A stretch of DNA of 64,000 nt, taken from positions 258,513 to 322,512 of IMG/VR virus record IMGVR_UViG_3300037882_003354, one strand, 5' to 3'. The translations under genes and the position numbers were made by a program. Below, piece after piece: positions 36,601-44,721 of this stretch; the first letter of the stretch is position 1; every line of letters starts with the position of its first letter. A model generated the notes under the pieces. The model was not told the DNA's origin. It made no database searches and worked only from the letters and a program-made list of their open reading frames with translations.

Positions 36601-39600
36601 CTGCCAGTATAACCAATGGATCCAGTATAACCTCGACTGCCGGTGTATCCCAGACTGCCGTCGTATCCTCTGCTGCCGGTATAACCCAGGGACCCAGTGT
36701 ATCCCTGTGGGCCTGACACTGTGCTGTTTGCACCTGAACTGCCAGCATACCCAATGCTGCCAACGTAACCAACTGATCCAGTATAGCCCAGGCTGCCGGT
36801 ATAGCCCAGGCTACCGGCATATCCTGAATCTCCGCGACTGCCAGTATAACCAATGGATCCGGTATAACCAATGCTACCGGTGTATCCTTGACTGCCCACA
36901 TACCCTCGACTGCCAGTGTATCCTTGACTGCCGGTATAACCAATTGACCCAGTGTAACCAGATGGTCCTACAATTACACCAACATCGATAAATCCTGACA
37001 CGTTACCTGGGGCACTGGAATTGGCATACACCCACAAGCGGCCAGTGTCTATTGCAATATATCCATCCCCCAGGGCAGGAGTACTTATGCTTGAAAGGTC
37101 TGACGACGTGAGCACGCTGCCCTTGATGTTAAGTCCAGTGCCAGCACTTCCGGTGTATCCAATACTACCGGTGTATCCTTGACTGCCAGTGTATCCTTGA
37201 CTGCCAGTATAGCCACGACTGCCAGTGTAGCCTATACTTCCAGTATACCCAATTGATCCTGTGTAACCAGTTGATCCCTGATATCCATTAACGCCCTGTG
37301 ATCCATCGTAACCAGCAGAACCAGTATAACCGCGGGATCCTGCATAGCCTGTGGATCCAACATAGCCAACAACGCCGGCGGTGTATGGTACTCCGTTGAT
37401 GCACAGGCCGTTGGCATCCACCTTGATACGCTCGCAAGTGCCAGCACCTATTAACACTGTGCATACACAGCCTGCACCAGCCTGCAACTGACCGATCACT
37501 GTGTTGCTGTGTCCAGTGGTTATGGCACATCCTGCACAAAACCCAATGCCAATGTTGTCGCTGGAAGTTGCACTGGCCAAGGAGTTGACACCGATGGCAA
37601 TATTGCAGTTGCCTGTACTGGAAACACCCAGACTGCCGAATCCCATGCTGATGTTGTCACAACCAGTGATGTTATAAATCAGCGCATTGCAACCCAGGGC
37701 AATATTGCTGTTGCCGAATTCGTTAAAAAATAATGAATTATATCCCATGGCAATATTATTATTGCCAGTGGTGTTACTGTTCAAGGATTGGTAACCCACT
37801 GCAAAGTTATCACAGCCAGTGGTGTTGCCTTGAAGTGCGCTGCCCCCAACGGCCGTGTTGCGTGTGCCCAGCGTGTTTCCGTAGAGAGCTCTGTGTCCAA
37901 TGGCTGTGTTATAACAACCATTGGTGTTGCTATAGAGTGCATATGCACCCTGAGCTGTGTTATTGCAACCAGTGGTATTGTTGTGAAGTGCACTGTAACC
38001 TTGTGCCACGTTATAACAACCGGTGGTATTGCTGAGGAGTGCACTACTGCCCTGAGCAGTATTATAACCACCAAGGGTGTTGTTTTGTAGTGAATTGGCA
38101 CCCTGGGCTGTGTTGAAGCAGCCAGTGGTGTTAGTAATCAGTGCAGCAGCACCTTGAGCTGTATTGTAGCAGCCAGAGGTATTACTATAGAGTACATTGT
38201 TACCCTGACCTGTGTTACCGCAGCCAGTGGTATTACTGTAAAGCGCAGAATAACCCTGGGCTGAGTTGTTACAACCGGTGGTATTACTATAGAGTGCATT
38301 AAAACCCAGAGCTGTGTTGCTGCTGCCCAGTGTGCTGCTGCGTAGTGCTTGGTGTCCGATGGCCGTGTTGTTGATGCCAGAGGTGCTGGATTTTAATGCT
38401 TCTGATCCAATGGCTATATTATAGCCGCCCACAGTATTGGTCACCAGTGCACACAGACCAATGGCTATGTTGTCAGTTCCTGTCTGTGTGGTATTACCCG
38501 AGCAGTAGCCCACGCTGATGTTGCCCAGGTTTGACGTGGTATAAGCATACACTGTGCCCAGTGATGTTGGCGTTGCAGGGCTAGTACTACCGGCACTGAA
38601 TAATGCACCGTTTTGATAAAGGTTGCCATTAAAATGTATGTCACAGCCAACCCCCAGGCCACCCACAATGGTCACGGCACCAGTGATGGTGGAAATGGCA
38701 TTGGCAGTAGACAGCACATTGACATTGGTGGCTGTGGCCGTGAATATGGGAGTACCCAGCGACCTTACAGCCAGGGTTCCTTCAGAGTTGATCAGGTCCA
38801 CACTCTGGCTGGTGCTGTTTTGTATGCTGATGCCCGCAGTATTTGATCCCTTGTTCTTGAAAAGTGCACTGGCAGTAAAACTGGGGAATGTCTGTGCGCT
38901 GTTGATTTCAAAGGTGGATTGATTGCCTGCATATACACCGCCACCCAGCCCCAGCCCGCCAACAACGATCACAGCACCAGTGGTTGTTGATGTGGCAATA
39001 GTGGAACTGGTGACTGCAATTTTGGGCATGGTCAGTATGCCACTGCTGGCCACGTAACTTAGGCCACTGTTGGCACCCAGGCTGAGATAATCTCCCACAG
39101 CCGAAGCCATGGTGGGATAATATACTGTGGAACTGGTATTGGTTATATTATTGACAAAAATCCTGTCGGCCTGGCCGGAAGTAACTGATCCAAAGATGCT
39201 GGAAGTACTAACCCAGGTGGCAGTGGTGCCCTGTGATTGCAACAAATAACCAGCTGTGCCTATGGGAATGAACGCAGTGGTGCTGTTTCCAGTCTGTATG
39301 GGTATGGAGCCAGTGGCGCCGCCCACCAGATTGACTGCAGAATTCACCTGCGCGGGTGCTGACCCGGTGTACCCAATGAGTCCGCGACTGCCTGCATAAC
39401 CAATGCTTCCAGTATAACCCTGAGAACCCACATAACCACGGCTGCCAGTGTACCCAATGCTGCCTGAGTAACCCAGGCCGCTTGAGCCGGTGTAGCCAGT
39501 GCTGCCCAGATATCCACGACTGCCAGTATAGCCTATGCTGCCGGTGTAGCCCAGACTGCCGGCACTGCCATTATATCCTGTGTCTCCTCGACTGCCTGTA

Positions 39601-39797
39601 TACCCGATTAATCCTCGAGATCCAATGTATCCCCTGGGGCCCTGGGGGCCCTGGGCGCCTTCAGTGCCCAGTATTGCTGCGGCTCTCGCCACAGTCAGTG
39701 TCAATTCAGTGCCGCCCTCCGTGACAATAAACAGCGTTTCCCCAACAGTGGGGCTGGTCAGTGGTATTAGAGATTCGAGTTCTTGACGGATGGGCAT
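33678..39797 (-). CDS. long tail fibre / adhesin with collagen-like and YadA-like repeats and C-terminal intramolecular chaperone (peptidase S74)
   Basis: (GYTGSx)n Gly-X-Y tracts, 14-residue NTAxGxxALxxNTTG repeats, SDRRLK auto-cleavage motif, YEKVVPLLVEAIKEL coil; ATAAATA at 39823-39829. Confidence 0.88.
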   Translation of the reverse strand: MPIRQELESLIPLTSPTVGETLFIVTEGGTELTLTVARAAAILGTEGAQGPQGPRGYIGSRGLIGYTGSRGDTGYNGSAGSLGYTGSIGYTGSRGYLGSTGYTGSSGLGYSGSIGYTGSRGYVGSQGYTGSIGYAGSRGLIGYTGSAPAQVNSAVNLVGGATGSIPIQTGNSTTAFIPIGTAGYLLQSQGTTATWVSTSSIFGSVTSGQADRIFVNNITNTSSTVYYPTMASAVGDYLSLGANSGLSYVASSGILTMPKIAVTSSTIATSTTTGAVIVVGGLGLGGGVYAGNQSTFEINSAQTFPSFTASALFKNKGSNTAGISIQNSTSQSVDLINSEGTLAVRSLGTPIFTATATNVNVLSTANAISTITGAVTIVGGLGVGCDIHFNGNLYQNGALFSAGSTSPATPTSLGTVYAYTTSNLGNISVGYCSGNTTQTGTDNIAIGLCALVTNTVGGYNIAIGSEALKSSTSGINNTAIGHQALRSSTLGSSNTALGFNALYSNTTGCNNSAQGYSALYSNTTGCGNTGQGNNVLYSNTSGCYNTAQGAAALITNTTGCFNTAQGANSLQNNTLGGYNTAQGSSALLSNTTGCYNVAQGYSALHNNTTGCNNTAQGAYALYSNTNGCYNTAIGHRALYGNTLGTRNTAVGGSALQGNTTGCDNFAVGYQSLNSNTTGNNNIAMGYNSLFFNEFGNSNIALGCNALIYNITGCDNISMGFGSLGVSSTGNCNIAIGVNSLASATSSDNIGIGFCAGCAITTGHSNTVIGQLQAGAGCVCTVLIGAGTCERIKVDANGLCINGVPYTAGVVGYVGSTGYAGSRGYTGSAGYDGSQGVNGYQGSTGYTGSIGYTGSIGYTGSRGYTGSQGYTGSQGYTGSIGYTGSAGTGLNIKGSVLTSSDLSSISTPALGDGYIAIDTGRLWVYANSSAPGNVSGFIDVGVIVGPSGYTGSIGYTGSQGYTGSRGYVGSQGYTGSIGYTGSIGYTGSRGDSGYAGSLGYTGSLGYTGSVGYVGSIGYAGSSGANSTVSGPQGYTGSLGYTGSRGYDGSLGYTGSRGYTGSIGYTGSLGDTGYVGSRGSRGDFGYTGSLGSGLNIKGSVTEATTSQFASIVGPINIGDGYIAANSGNLWVYSNATAPGNVSGFSDVGKIVGPSGYSGSRGYVGSIGYTGSASNVQGPQGYTGSSGYTGSQGIGYSGSSVLGYTGSVGYVGSRGLLGYTGSGAQGYTGSQGYTGSQGVGYTGSGAQGYTGSSGYAGSQGVGFTGSIGYTGSIGYIGSRGYAGSSGIGYSGSAGYAGSQGIGYTGSGTQGYTGSLGYTGSTGFGYSGSLGYTGSAGAGYVGSAVLGYTGSIGVGYQGSVGYTGSAATGYVGSGVLGYTGSRGLIGYTGSASTGYAGSGVLGYTGSRGDVGYNGSNGYTGSRGYTGSIGYTGSSGYVGSQGYTGSVGWVGSRGDPGYIGSTGYTGSSAAGYVGSSAASTLATPTSLGSVFGYTTGLGNVGIGCCAGNKTQTGCYNFAAGCHALVNNTTGCNNFAQGTSSLGKNTIGNNNFAVGYNALSNNIIGCSNIAIGCFALRQNTTDGNVAIGALAMAANTTGWGNLAVGTGALSNAIENSYNTAVGHNALFSNNSPGPSGYGNNNTAIGACALYFNINGCGNTAQGVGALYCNSGGVNNVAIGYGTLKCNIVGCYNTGLGVGALVQNTGGGCNTAVGNDTLFRNTNGGLNTAVGSYALQCNITGITNTAIGACALNANTSGVDNTAVGWNALVSNTIGSRNIGIGYCAGCAITTGINNTVIGALIGSNGLSSTVLIGAGTAERIRVDSTGILCINSTSSLQFTSVGIGAAASGTAGTLNATLLTTQVGTTNGFLTLRTGTSAKSGYVEFFPHSGGVRQGYIGFVGTNAATIDEGTIPYVAKCHEFSGALTTTGDITAFFSDRRLKTNVCVITDAVTKVRALTGIRYTPNQLAEQLGFSTDESIVGLFADELEAVLPEAVKLAPFDSDENGDSKSGENYRTIQYEKVVPLLVEAIKELSKEFEEFKKKFS
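35390..37370 (-). repeat. collagen-like GYTGSx coding repeats (about 18-bp unit) with a duplicated interrupting domain
   Basis: many imperfect CCAGTGTA/CCGGTGTA units; GLNIKGSV..GDGYIA..LWVY..APGNVSGF.DVG occurs twice; boundaries approximate. Confidence 0.85.
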
Positions 39798-39906
39798 TAT
39801 GTTAATTACCTGTTATAAAAGATATTTATCCGGGTGGACATGTGGCTGTATCACCAACATATTTAACATTTTCCAGTGTAAAATTTCACATTTATTGACG
39901 AATAGT

Positions 39907-39935
39907 TTGACTGCACTGGAATTTCGCCGTATAAT
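39907..39935 (+). promoter_or_regulatory. sigma70-type promoter
   Basis: TTGACT-17bp-TATAAT. Confidence 0.8.
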
Positions 39936-39975
39936 ATGCGTATCATACCAGGACAGCAGGGACAGAGTATTTTGC

Positions 39976-40052
39976 ACGGCCATACCGGAACGCTCTTCTA
40001 AAGCGTAGTACCGTAATTGGAGTCAATGTGGGTTCGAGTCCCGCTGGCCGTA
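39976..40052 (+). ncRNA. tRNA-like RNA with Arg(UCU) anticodon arm, no D-arm and expanded variable region
   Basis: acceptor ACGGCCA/TGGCCGT, anticodon arm ACGCT-CTTCTAA-AGCGT, T-arm GTGGG-TTCGAGT-CCCGC; only 7 nt where the D-arm should be. Confidence 0.7.
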
Positions 40053-40097
40053 CAAAATACTTTCGAACAGCTGAATCAACACAATAACCAACAAATC

Positions 40098-40877
40098 ATG
40101 AGTAGAAAACTAACCATCATAACTAGAACATGCGGCAGAGTATTTGCCATTCACGGAAGCCGATACATTGACCGAACCAAGGCCGAAATTATCAACACCT
40201 GCCTCAGCAGTCTGGTCCACAGCATCAACCGGGTGCAAGGACATGAGATTGAGTTGTATGTGCTGGACGATCACAGTGACGATGCTGTGACGGCAGACAT
40301 CAAGACCATATTGTCCAAGTGCAAATTTCCCACAGAGTTCATACCAGTTGTGGACGGCACTGGCGCCAGCCACACCTGTTTCAAGGTGTACGACCTGGTG
40401 GAAAAACACGCCACTGACCTCTGGTTGCACGTGGAGGATGATTATCTGCACGTGCCCGAATCCATTCAGGACATGATTGACACGGTGGATCACTTGGAGG
40501 TCAATACTGGACGAATGATTGCCATCAATCCACACGATGATCCGCACCGCTACTCCAGCCAAATTTATGAAAGCATCCTGCTGTACGGCCCCGAGCGGCA
40601 TTATCGCACGGTCAAACACAGCACATACACCTGCCTGGCCAGTCGTGCCATTTACGACACCTATCGAGATCTCTTCCAGGAATCGGCAGAGTGGATACTC
40701 AGACGTGGTGAAGACGAGCACATCAATCGGGTGTGGAGCAAGCCTGATGTCATGATGTTCAGCCCCATACCCAGTGTGGCCCTGCATTTGGCAGACGAAA
40801 TGAGTCGAGATCCTTACCTGGACATTGACCAACTATGGAACAGTGTGCCTGAACTCTGGAGGACGGATCATGAGTAA
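40098..40877 (+). CDS. GT-A (GT2-like) glycosyltransferase
   Basis: LYVLDDHS, HVEDDYLH. Confidence 0.75.
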   Translation: MSRKLTIITRTCGRVFAIHGSRYIDRTKAEIINTCLSSLVHSINRVQGHEIELYVLDDHSDDAVTADIKTILSKCKFPTEFIPVVDGTGASHTCFKVYDLVEKHATDLWLHVEDDYLHVPESIQDMIDTVDHLEVNTGRMIAINPHDDPHRYSSQIYESILLYGPERHYRTVKHSTYTCLASRAIYDTYRDLFQESAEWILRRGEDEHINRVWSKPDVMMFSPIPSVALHLADEMSRDPYLDIDQLWNSVPELWRTDHE

Positions 40878-41694
40878 TCGAACATTTCTTCATGCTGGCA
40901 CTTTTGGCGACACCATTTATGCCCTGAATGTCATCAAGTTACTGGGCGGCGGCGATCTTTACATCGAATTAAATGGCATGGATGCTCTGGCACGGAAAAT
41001 GTGGGGCGGTGGTGATGCAGGGGATCACAGAGGCAGATACACTCAACAAGACATTGATTTTATCCTGCCCTTGCTTGAAAAACAAAGTTACATCAACCAG
41101 GTGAAGATCTGGAACGGGGAACACATAGACCATGATCTCAGGGATCACTATAAATTTTGGGCCAAGAGGGAGGGAAAAATAGAAAACTGGATGGGCAACC
41201 AAACAGAAACCTATGCAATCGCCTGCGGCTTGGACATACACCAGCACAGACAGGACCTCTTGATCAATCCCTGGTTGGACAACATTGATCCGGTGTCAAT
41301 TCCAGGTAAACCCATCATTCTCAATCGCACACATCGACACATCAGACGCGACACTTTCAACATGCAGTTGACTAATGATCAATGTGATCACTGGATCAAG
41401 GAAGACAGTTTGCTGGACATGGCGGTGTTTGTGGGCGCTCCACAGGAGCATGCAGAATTTTGTGAACAATATGCATGTGATATCCAATACCGACCAGTGA
41501 CTGACATGCTGGAAATGGCGCAGCTGATAAAAGGATCCGAACAGTTTATCGGAAACCAGAGCATGGCATTGAGCCTGGCCATAGCACTGGGTAAAACTTT
41601 TTGGTGTGAAATTCGGGTGGATTACGAAGATATAAAAACACCACACGGATATGGCGACGTCTGGTTCCCCAGGGCCAATGGTCATTATTTTTAA
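40870..41694 (+). CDS. GT9-like (heptosyltransferase-like) glycosyltransferase
   Basis: GTFGDTI near N-terminus; LEMAQLIKGSEQFIGNQS..LAIALGK. Confidence 0.65.
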   Translation: MSNRTFLHAGTFGDTIYALNVIKLLGGGDLYIELNGMDALARKMWGGGDAGDHRGRYTQQDIDFILPLLEKQSYINQVKIWNGEHIDHDLRDHYKFWAKREGKIENWMGNQTETYAIACGLDIHQHRQDLLINPWLDNIDPVSIPGKPIILNRTHRHIRRDTFNMQLTNDQCDHWIKEDSLLDMAVFVGAPQEHAEFCEQYACDIQYRPVTDMLEMAQLIKGSEQFIGNQSMALSLAIALGKTFWCEIRVDYEDIKTPHGYGDVWFPRANGHYF

Positions 41695-41717
41695 CAGTGA
41701 TTGATAAAAGGATTAAC

Positions 41718-42560
41718 ATGAGCAAGAATTTAGTTTTAGGAGCCGCTTTCGGCTATGGCGTGGAAAAAGTCAAACCATTCGTTCTGTCACTGCGCAGACA
41801 CTATGATGGTATCATTGTGTTTGTGGTTGAGCATGTGACTGATGAATTGGCTGAATTTTATCAGGAGCATGACATTTACACCTGTGTGCCCGAAGGTCCA
41901 GTCAATCGCGGATATGCCAATGTTGATAGATTCAGGTATTATCTGGACTGCCTGGAAAACTTTGACGACATTGACAACGTCATGCTGACCGACATTCGTG
42001 ATGTGGTGTTTCAAAGCAATCCATTTGATCACTATCCCAAACACGATATTGAATTATTTGCTGAACCGGAAGTGTTTGGCAAGTGCAATCATAATGGTCC
42101 TTGGTATTCAGGATTATACGGTGCACAGCAGCTGGACAAGATCAAAGATGAATACGTGCTGTGTGCTGGCACCACCCTGGGCAAGTTTGACACCATGGTG
42201 CAATACATCACAGTTTTGATTGAAGAAATTGCCAAGTTGGAACAGGCAGGCCTGGCACATGGCACCTGCGATCAGGCTGTGCACAATCACATTGTTTATA
42301 CCGGAAGGTTTTCTGATTACCGAATCAATCATAACGGTCAAGGCCTGGTGGCCACCATGCACCATAGCAAGACACTGACATTCGATCGACAGGGACGCAT
42401 GTTAAATCATGACGGCTCGCCCACACCAGTGGTGCATCAATATGATCGGTGTGGTGCCATGAGTGTGGTTTTTCTTAAAAACGCGCTGGGGCTGACAGGC
42501 AAGGGCATTCGAACAGCCGCGGAGTATGCCGCAAATAATTTTTTCGAACATGATTTGTAA
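41718..42560 (+). CDS. putative GT-A glycosyltransferase
   Basis: TDIRDVVFQSNPF, CAGT, DQAVHN, VVHQYDR. Confidence 0.6.
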   Translation: MSKNLVLGAAFGYGVEKVKPFVLSLRRHYDGIIVFVVEHVTDELAEFYQEHDIYTCVPEGPVNRGYANVDRFRYYLDCLENFDDIDNVMLTDIRDVVFQSNPFDHYPKHDIELFAEPEVFGKCNHNGPWYSGLYGAQQLDKIKDEYVLCAGTTLGKFDTMVQYITVLIEEIAKLEQAGLAHGTCDQAVHNHIVYTGRFSDYRINHNGQGLVATMHHSKTLTFDRQGRMLNHDGSPTPVVHQYDRCGAMSVVFLKNALGLTGKGIRTAAEYAANNFFEHDL

Positions 42561-43138
42561 TGATACATGTTATCGCCACATCAGCCAACATAGAAAATAA
42601 TTATGCTGTCAGGAAGCAGCAGTATCTAACCGGACTGTGTAGTATTATTTCAAATTATAAAATCAATCCTTACATCATAGAAACTTGCAGTCCAACAAAC
42701 TACCTAGCTGAACATTTTGTTGGACATAGCAATTACTCGGAAAACAAAGGAATTAGTGAATTTATCAATATCGATAACTTTTTTAAGAACACTGATTTAA
42801 AATTGGAAGATGACGATGTTATTATTAAAACTTCTCTGAGATACGAGATCGTCTCTCCACATTTACTAGATGTAATCAAATCTAATGATCACGAAGTATA
42901 CTGTAAATCTTCATCGGACATTTATGGACCTCAAGACACCGGTGTGCATTGTTTTTTATTTGCCATGAAATATAAATGTTGGAAAAACTTTTTAAATACA
43001 TTCGATAGACATGTGCACCGTGATCAACCCATAGAGGGTCAATTGGCAGATTACTTCAAAAAAACAGATACTAAATATCTGGATAAACTGGGCATACTAG
43101 CAAATCCAGCCAATCATAACAAAATTTACACAGTATAA
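42560..43138 (+). CDS. hypothetical protein (glycosylation island)
   Basis: AT-rich ORF, NKG.SE, IIKTSLRY. Confidence 0.65.
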   Translation: MIHVIATSANIENNYAVRKQQYLTGLCSIISNYKINPYIIETCSPTNYLAEHFVGHSNYSENKGISEFINIDNFFKNTDLKLEDDDVIIKTSLRYEIVSPHLLDVIKSNDHEVYCKSSSDIYGPQDTGVHCFLFAMKYKCWKNFLNTFDRHVHRDQPIEGQLADYFKKTDTKYLDKLGILANPANHNKIYTV

Positions 43139-43146
43139 AGGCAAAC

Positions 43147-43686
43147 ATGTCACATCAAGCACAAATAGATTATTGTCTCTGGGTAAAGAACAAATTCCCA
43201 GAATTTTTTAAAAACACACGAGTGGTTGATTTCGGGTCCTTGGACATCAACGGCAGCAACCGGCGTTTCTTTGACAATTGTGAGTACACTGGTTTAGACA
43301 TTGGTGCTGGCAACAATGTGGACATTGTCACCAGGGCACACGAATATCATGCCCCGGATGCACACTACGATGTGGTGGTTTCTACAGAAATGTTTGAACA
43401 TGACAAATACCTGCATCTCAGTCTGCCCAACATGGTCAGGGTACTGAGACCCGGCGGCCTGTTTTTCTGGACATGTGCAACCACAGGCAGGCATGAGCAT
43501 GGGACTAGGAGAACAGAACCTTCTGCATCTCCGTTCACATCGCAAGCAGACGATGGCTGGGATGACTTCTACGAAAATGTAGACCAAGCCAAGGTCAGAC
43601 AAATATTAGACATCGATGCTCTGTTCAGCGAGTATGCATTTGATGTTCTGGGATATGACATCAGATTTTATGGAATAAAAAAATAA
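43147..43686 (+). CDS. class I SAM-dependent methyltransferase
   Basis: VVDFGSLDING, YTGLD, EMFEHD, LRPGG. Confidence 0.88.
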   Translation: MSHQAQIDYCLWVKNKFPEFFKNTRVVDFGSLDINGSNRRFFDNCEYTGLDIGAGNNVDIVTRAHEYHAPDAHYDVVVSTEMFEHDKYLHLSLPNMVRVLRPGGLFFWTCATTGRHEHGTRRTEPSASPFTSQADDGWDDFYENVDQAKVRQILDIDALFSEYAFDVLGYDIRFYGIKK

Positions 43687-43763
43687 TCAAAAAGCAGTCG
43701 ACAGCGGCAGCAGCCGACTGTATACTATACGTCATAGTATTGAAACAAATTAGTGTGTTATAC

Positions 43764-43836
43764 TCTCCAGTAGCTCAGCGGTAGTAGCATTTGACTGTTA
43801 ATCAAAGGGTCCGTGGTTCGATCCCACGCTGGAGAG
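43764..43836 (+). tRNA. tRNA-Asn(GTT), CCA not encoded
   Basis: TCTCCAG/CTGGAGA acceptor, TTTGA-CTGTTAA-TCAAA, TTCGATC T-loop. Confidence 0.92.
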
Positions 43837-43854
43837 CATAACACATTAATTCAT

Positions 43855-43930
43855 GGGCTGTGATTGAGCTGGGGTTCTTGGCTGCTTTGCAAGCAGTTAT
43901 CGGTGGGTTCGATTCCCACACGGTCCACCA
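43855..43930 (+). tRNA. tRNA-Ala(TGC)
   Basis: loop TTTGCAA, G3:U70 pair, CCA end. Confidence 0.85.
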
Positions 43931-43940
43931 AAATGATAAA

Positions 43941-44028
43941 GGAAGATTGGCAGAGTGGCCGATTGCGTCAGTCTTGAAAACTGAAGACCCCAACGGGTCC
44001 GTGAGTTCGAATCTCACATCTTCCTCCA
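43941..44028 (+). tRNA. tRNA-Ser(TGA)
   Basis: TCAGT-CTTGAAA-ACTGA, long variable arm, CCA. Confidence 0.93.
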
Positions 44029-44030
44029 AG

Positions 44031-44059
44031 TTGACATGAGCAGCGACCGGCTGTACAAT
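44031..44059 (+). promoter_or_regulatory. sigma70-type promoter
   Basis: TTGACA-17bp-TACAAT before tRNA-Lys. Confidence 0.75.
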
Positions 44060-44067
44060 CAGATCAT

Positions 44068-44143
44068 GGGACGATAGCTCAGTTGGTAGAGCAGTAGACT
44101 TTTAATTTATTGGCCGTGGGATCGTGCCCCACTCGTCCCACCA
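44068..44143 (+). tRNA. tRNA-Lys(TTT)
   Basis: GGGACGA/TCGTCCC, loop CTTTTAA, atypical T-loop ATCGTGC, CCA. Confidence 0.88.
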
Positions 44144-44254
44144 TATTAAAACACATTCAACGGCAACCGGGATACCTAGCAACTGGACGCAGGGGCTATC
44201 CAAATAGTAGGGCACTACAGCCGAAAGCTAGGACTAGAGTGTGTTTCCATATGG
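44141..44254 (+). ncRNA. unknown structured RNA 1
   Basis: closing helix CCATAT..AAACACATT / AGTGTGTTT..ATATGG, inner CCTAGC/GCTAGG helix and several small hairpins; no ORF. Confidence 0.6.
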
Positions 44255-44498
44255 TGGATTAATTGTGTTGTCATGGAAAATGGCTGTGTTCACCAGCCCA
44301 GTGTTAAGAGATCAATTGGGGGAGTGCCGGCTTCGATCATGATCATAGATCATGGTTCAACCCAATCTCAACGGAGACGACGAATCCTGGACCACACAGT
44401 CCGGGCAATAAGCGTCCGGGGAAAGAAAAAATATTTCCATCCCACAAACGACAGCAGGGCGATTGCTGTTCATAATATGACAACACAATTAATCCACC
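44253..44498 (+). ncRNA. unknown structured RNA 2, bounded by a perfect 22-bp inverted repeat
   Basis: GGTGGATTAATTGTGTTGTCAT (44253-44274) / ATGACAACACAATTAATCCACC (44477-44498); interior made of hairpins. Confidence 0.65.
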
Positions 44499-44541
44499 TG
44501 GCAAGATACACGTTATAAATACACGTGAAGAACAATGAACT

Positions 44542-44629
44542 GGATAGTTGGCCGAGTGGTTAAGGCAACGGTTTGCTAAACCGTCGCTCCGAAAGGGGCG
44601 CATAGGTTCGAATCCTATACTATCCGCCA
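44542..44629 (+). tRNA. tRNA-Ser(GCT)
   Basis: ACGGT-TTGCTAA-ACCGT, long variable arm, G73, CCA; TATAAATA at 44514-44521 upstream. Confidence 0.93.
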
Positions 44630-44639
44630 AATTTATCCT

Positions 44640-44715
44640 GGGTCCTTAACTCAGCCGGTAGAGTGTCTGCCTTAAAGGCAGAATGTCGTCAGTTCGAACC
44701 TGGCAGGACCCACCA
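44640..44715 (+). tRNA. tRNA with TAA anticodon (Leu) and short variable loop
   Basis: GGGTCCT/AGGACCC, TCTGC-CTTAAAG-GCAGA, 5-nt variable loop, CCA. Confidence 0.8.
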
Positions 44716-44721
44716 ACACAT

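Noticed and set aside
35390-39660. Repeats as a CRISPR array or DGR template/variable pair
   Set aside because: They are in-frame coding repeats varying mainly at synonymous positions; no unique spacers, adenine-specific variation, cas or reverse transcriptase gene seen
43855-43930. tRNA-Cys(GCA) call
   Set aside because: Loop register gives TGC and G3:U70 is the Ala determinant
44144-44254. HDV-like (theta) ribozyme in the tRNA trailer
   Set aside because: Could not build the nested double pseudoknot by eye and the trailer does not start with G; left as unknown RNA
44640-44715. Ochre suppressor (TTA anticodon) and stop-codon recoding
   Set aside because: The 7-nt loop CTTAAAG places TAA at 34-36; genes end normally at TAA/TGA/TAG with full-length products
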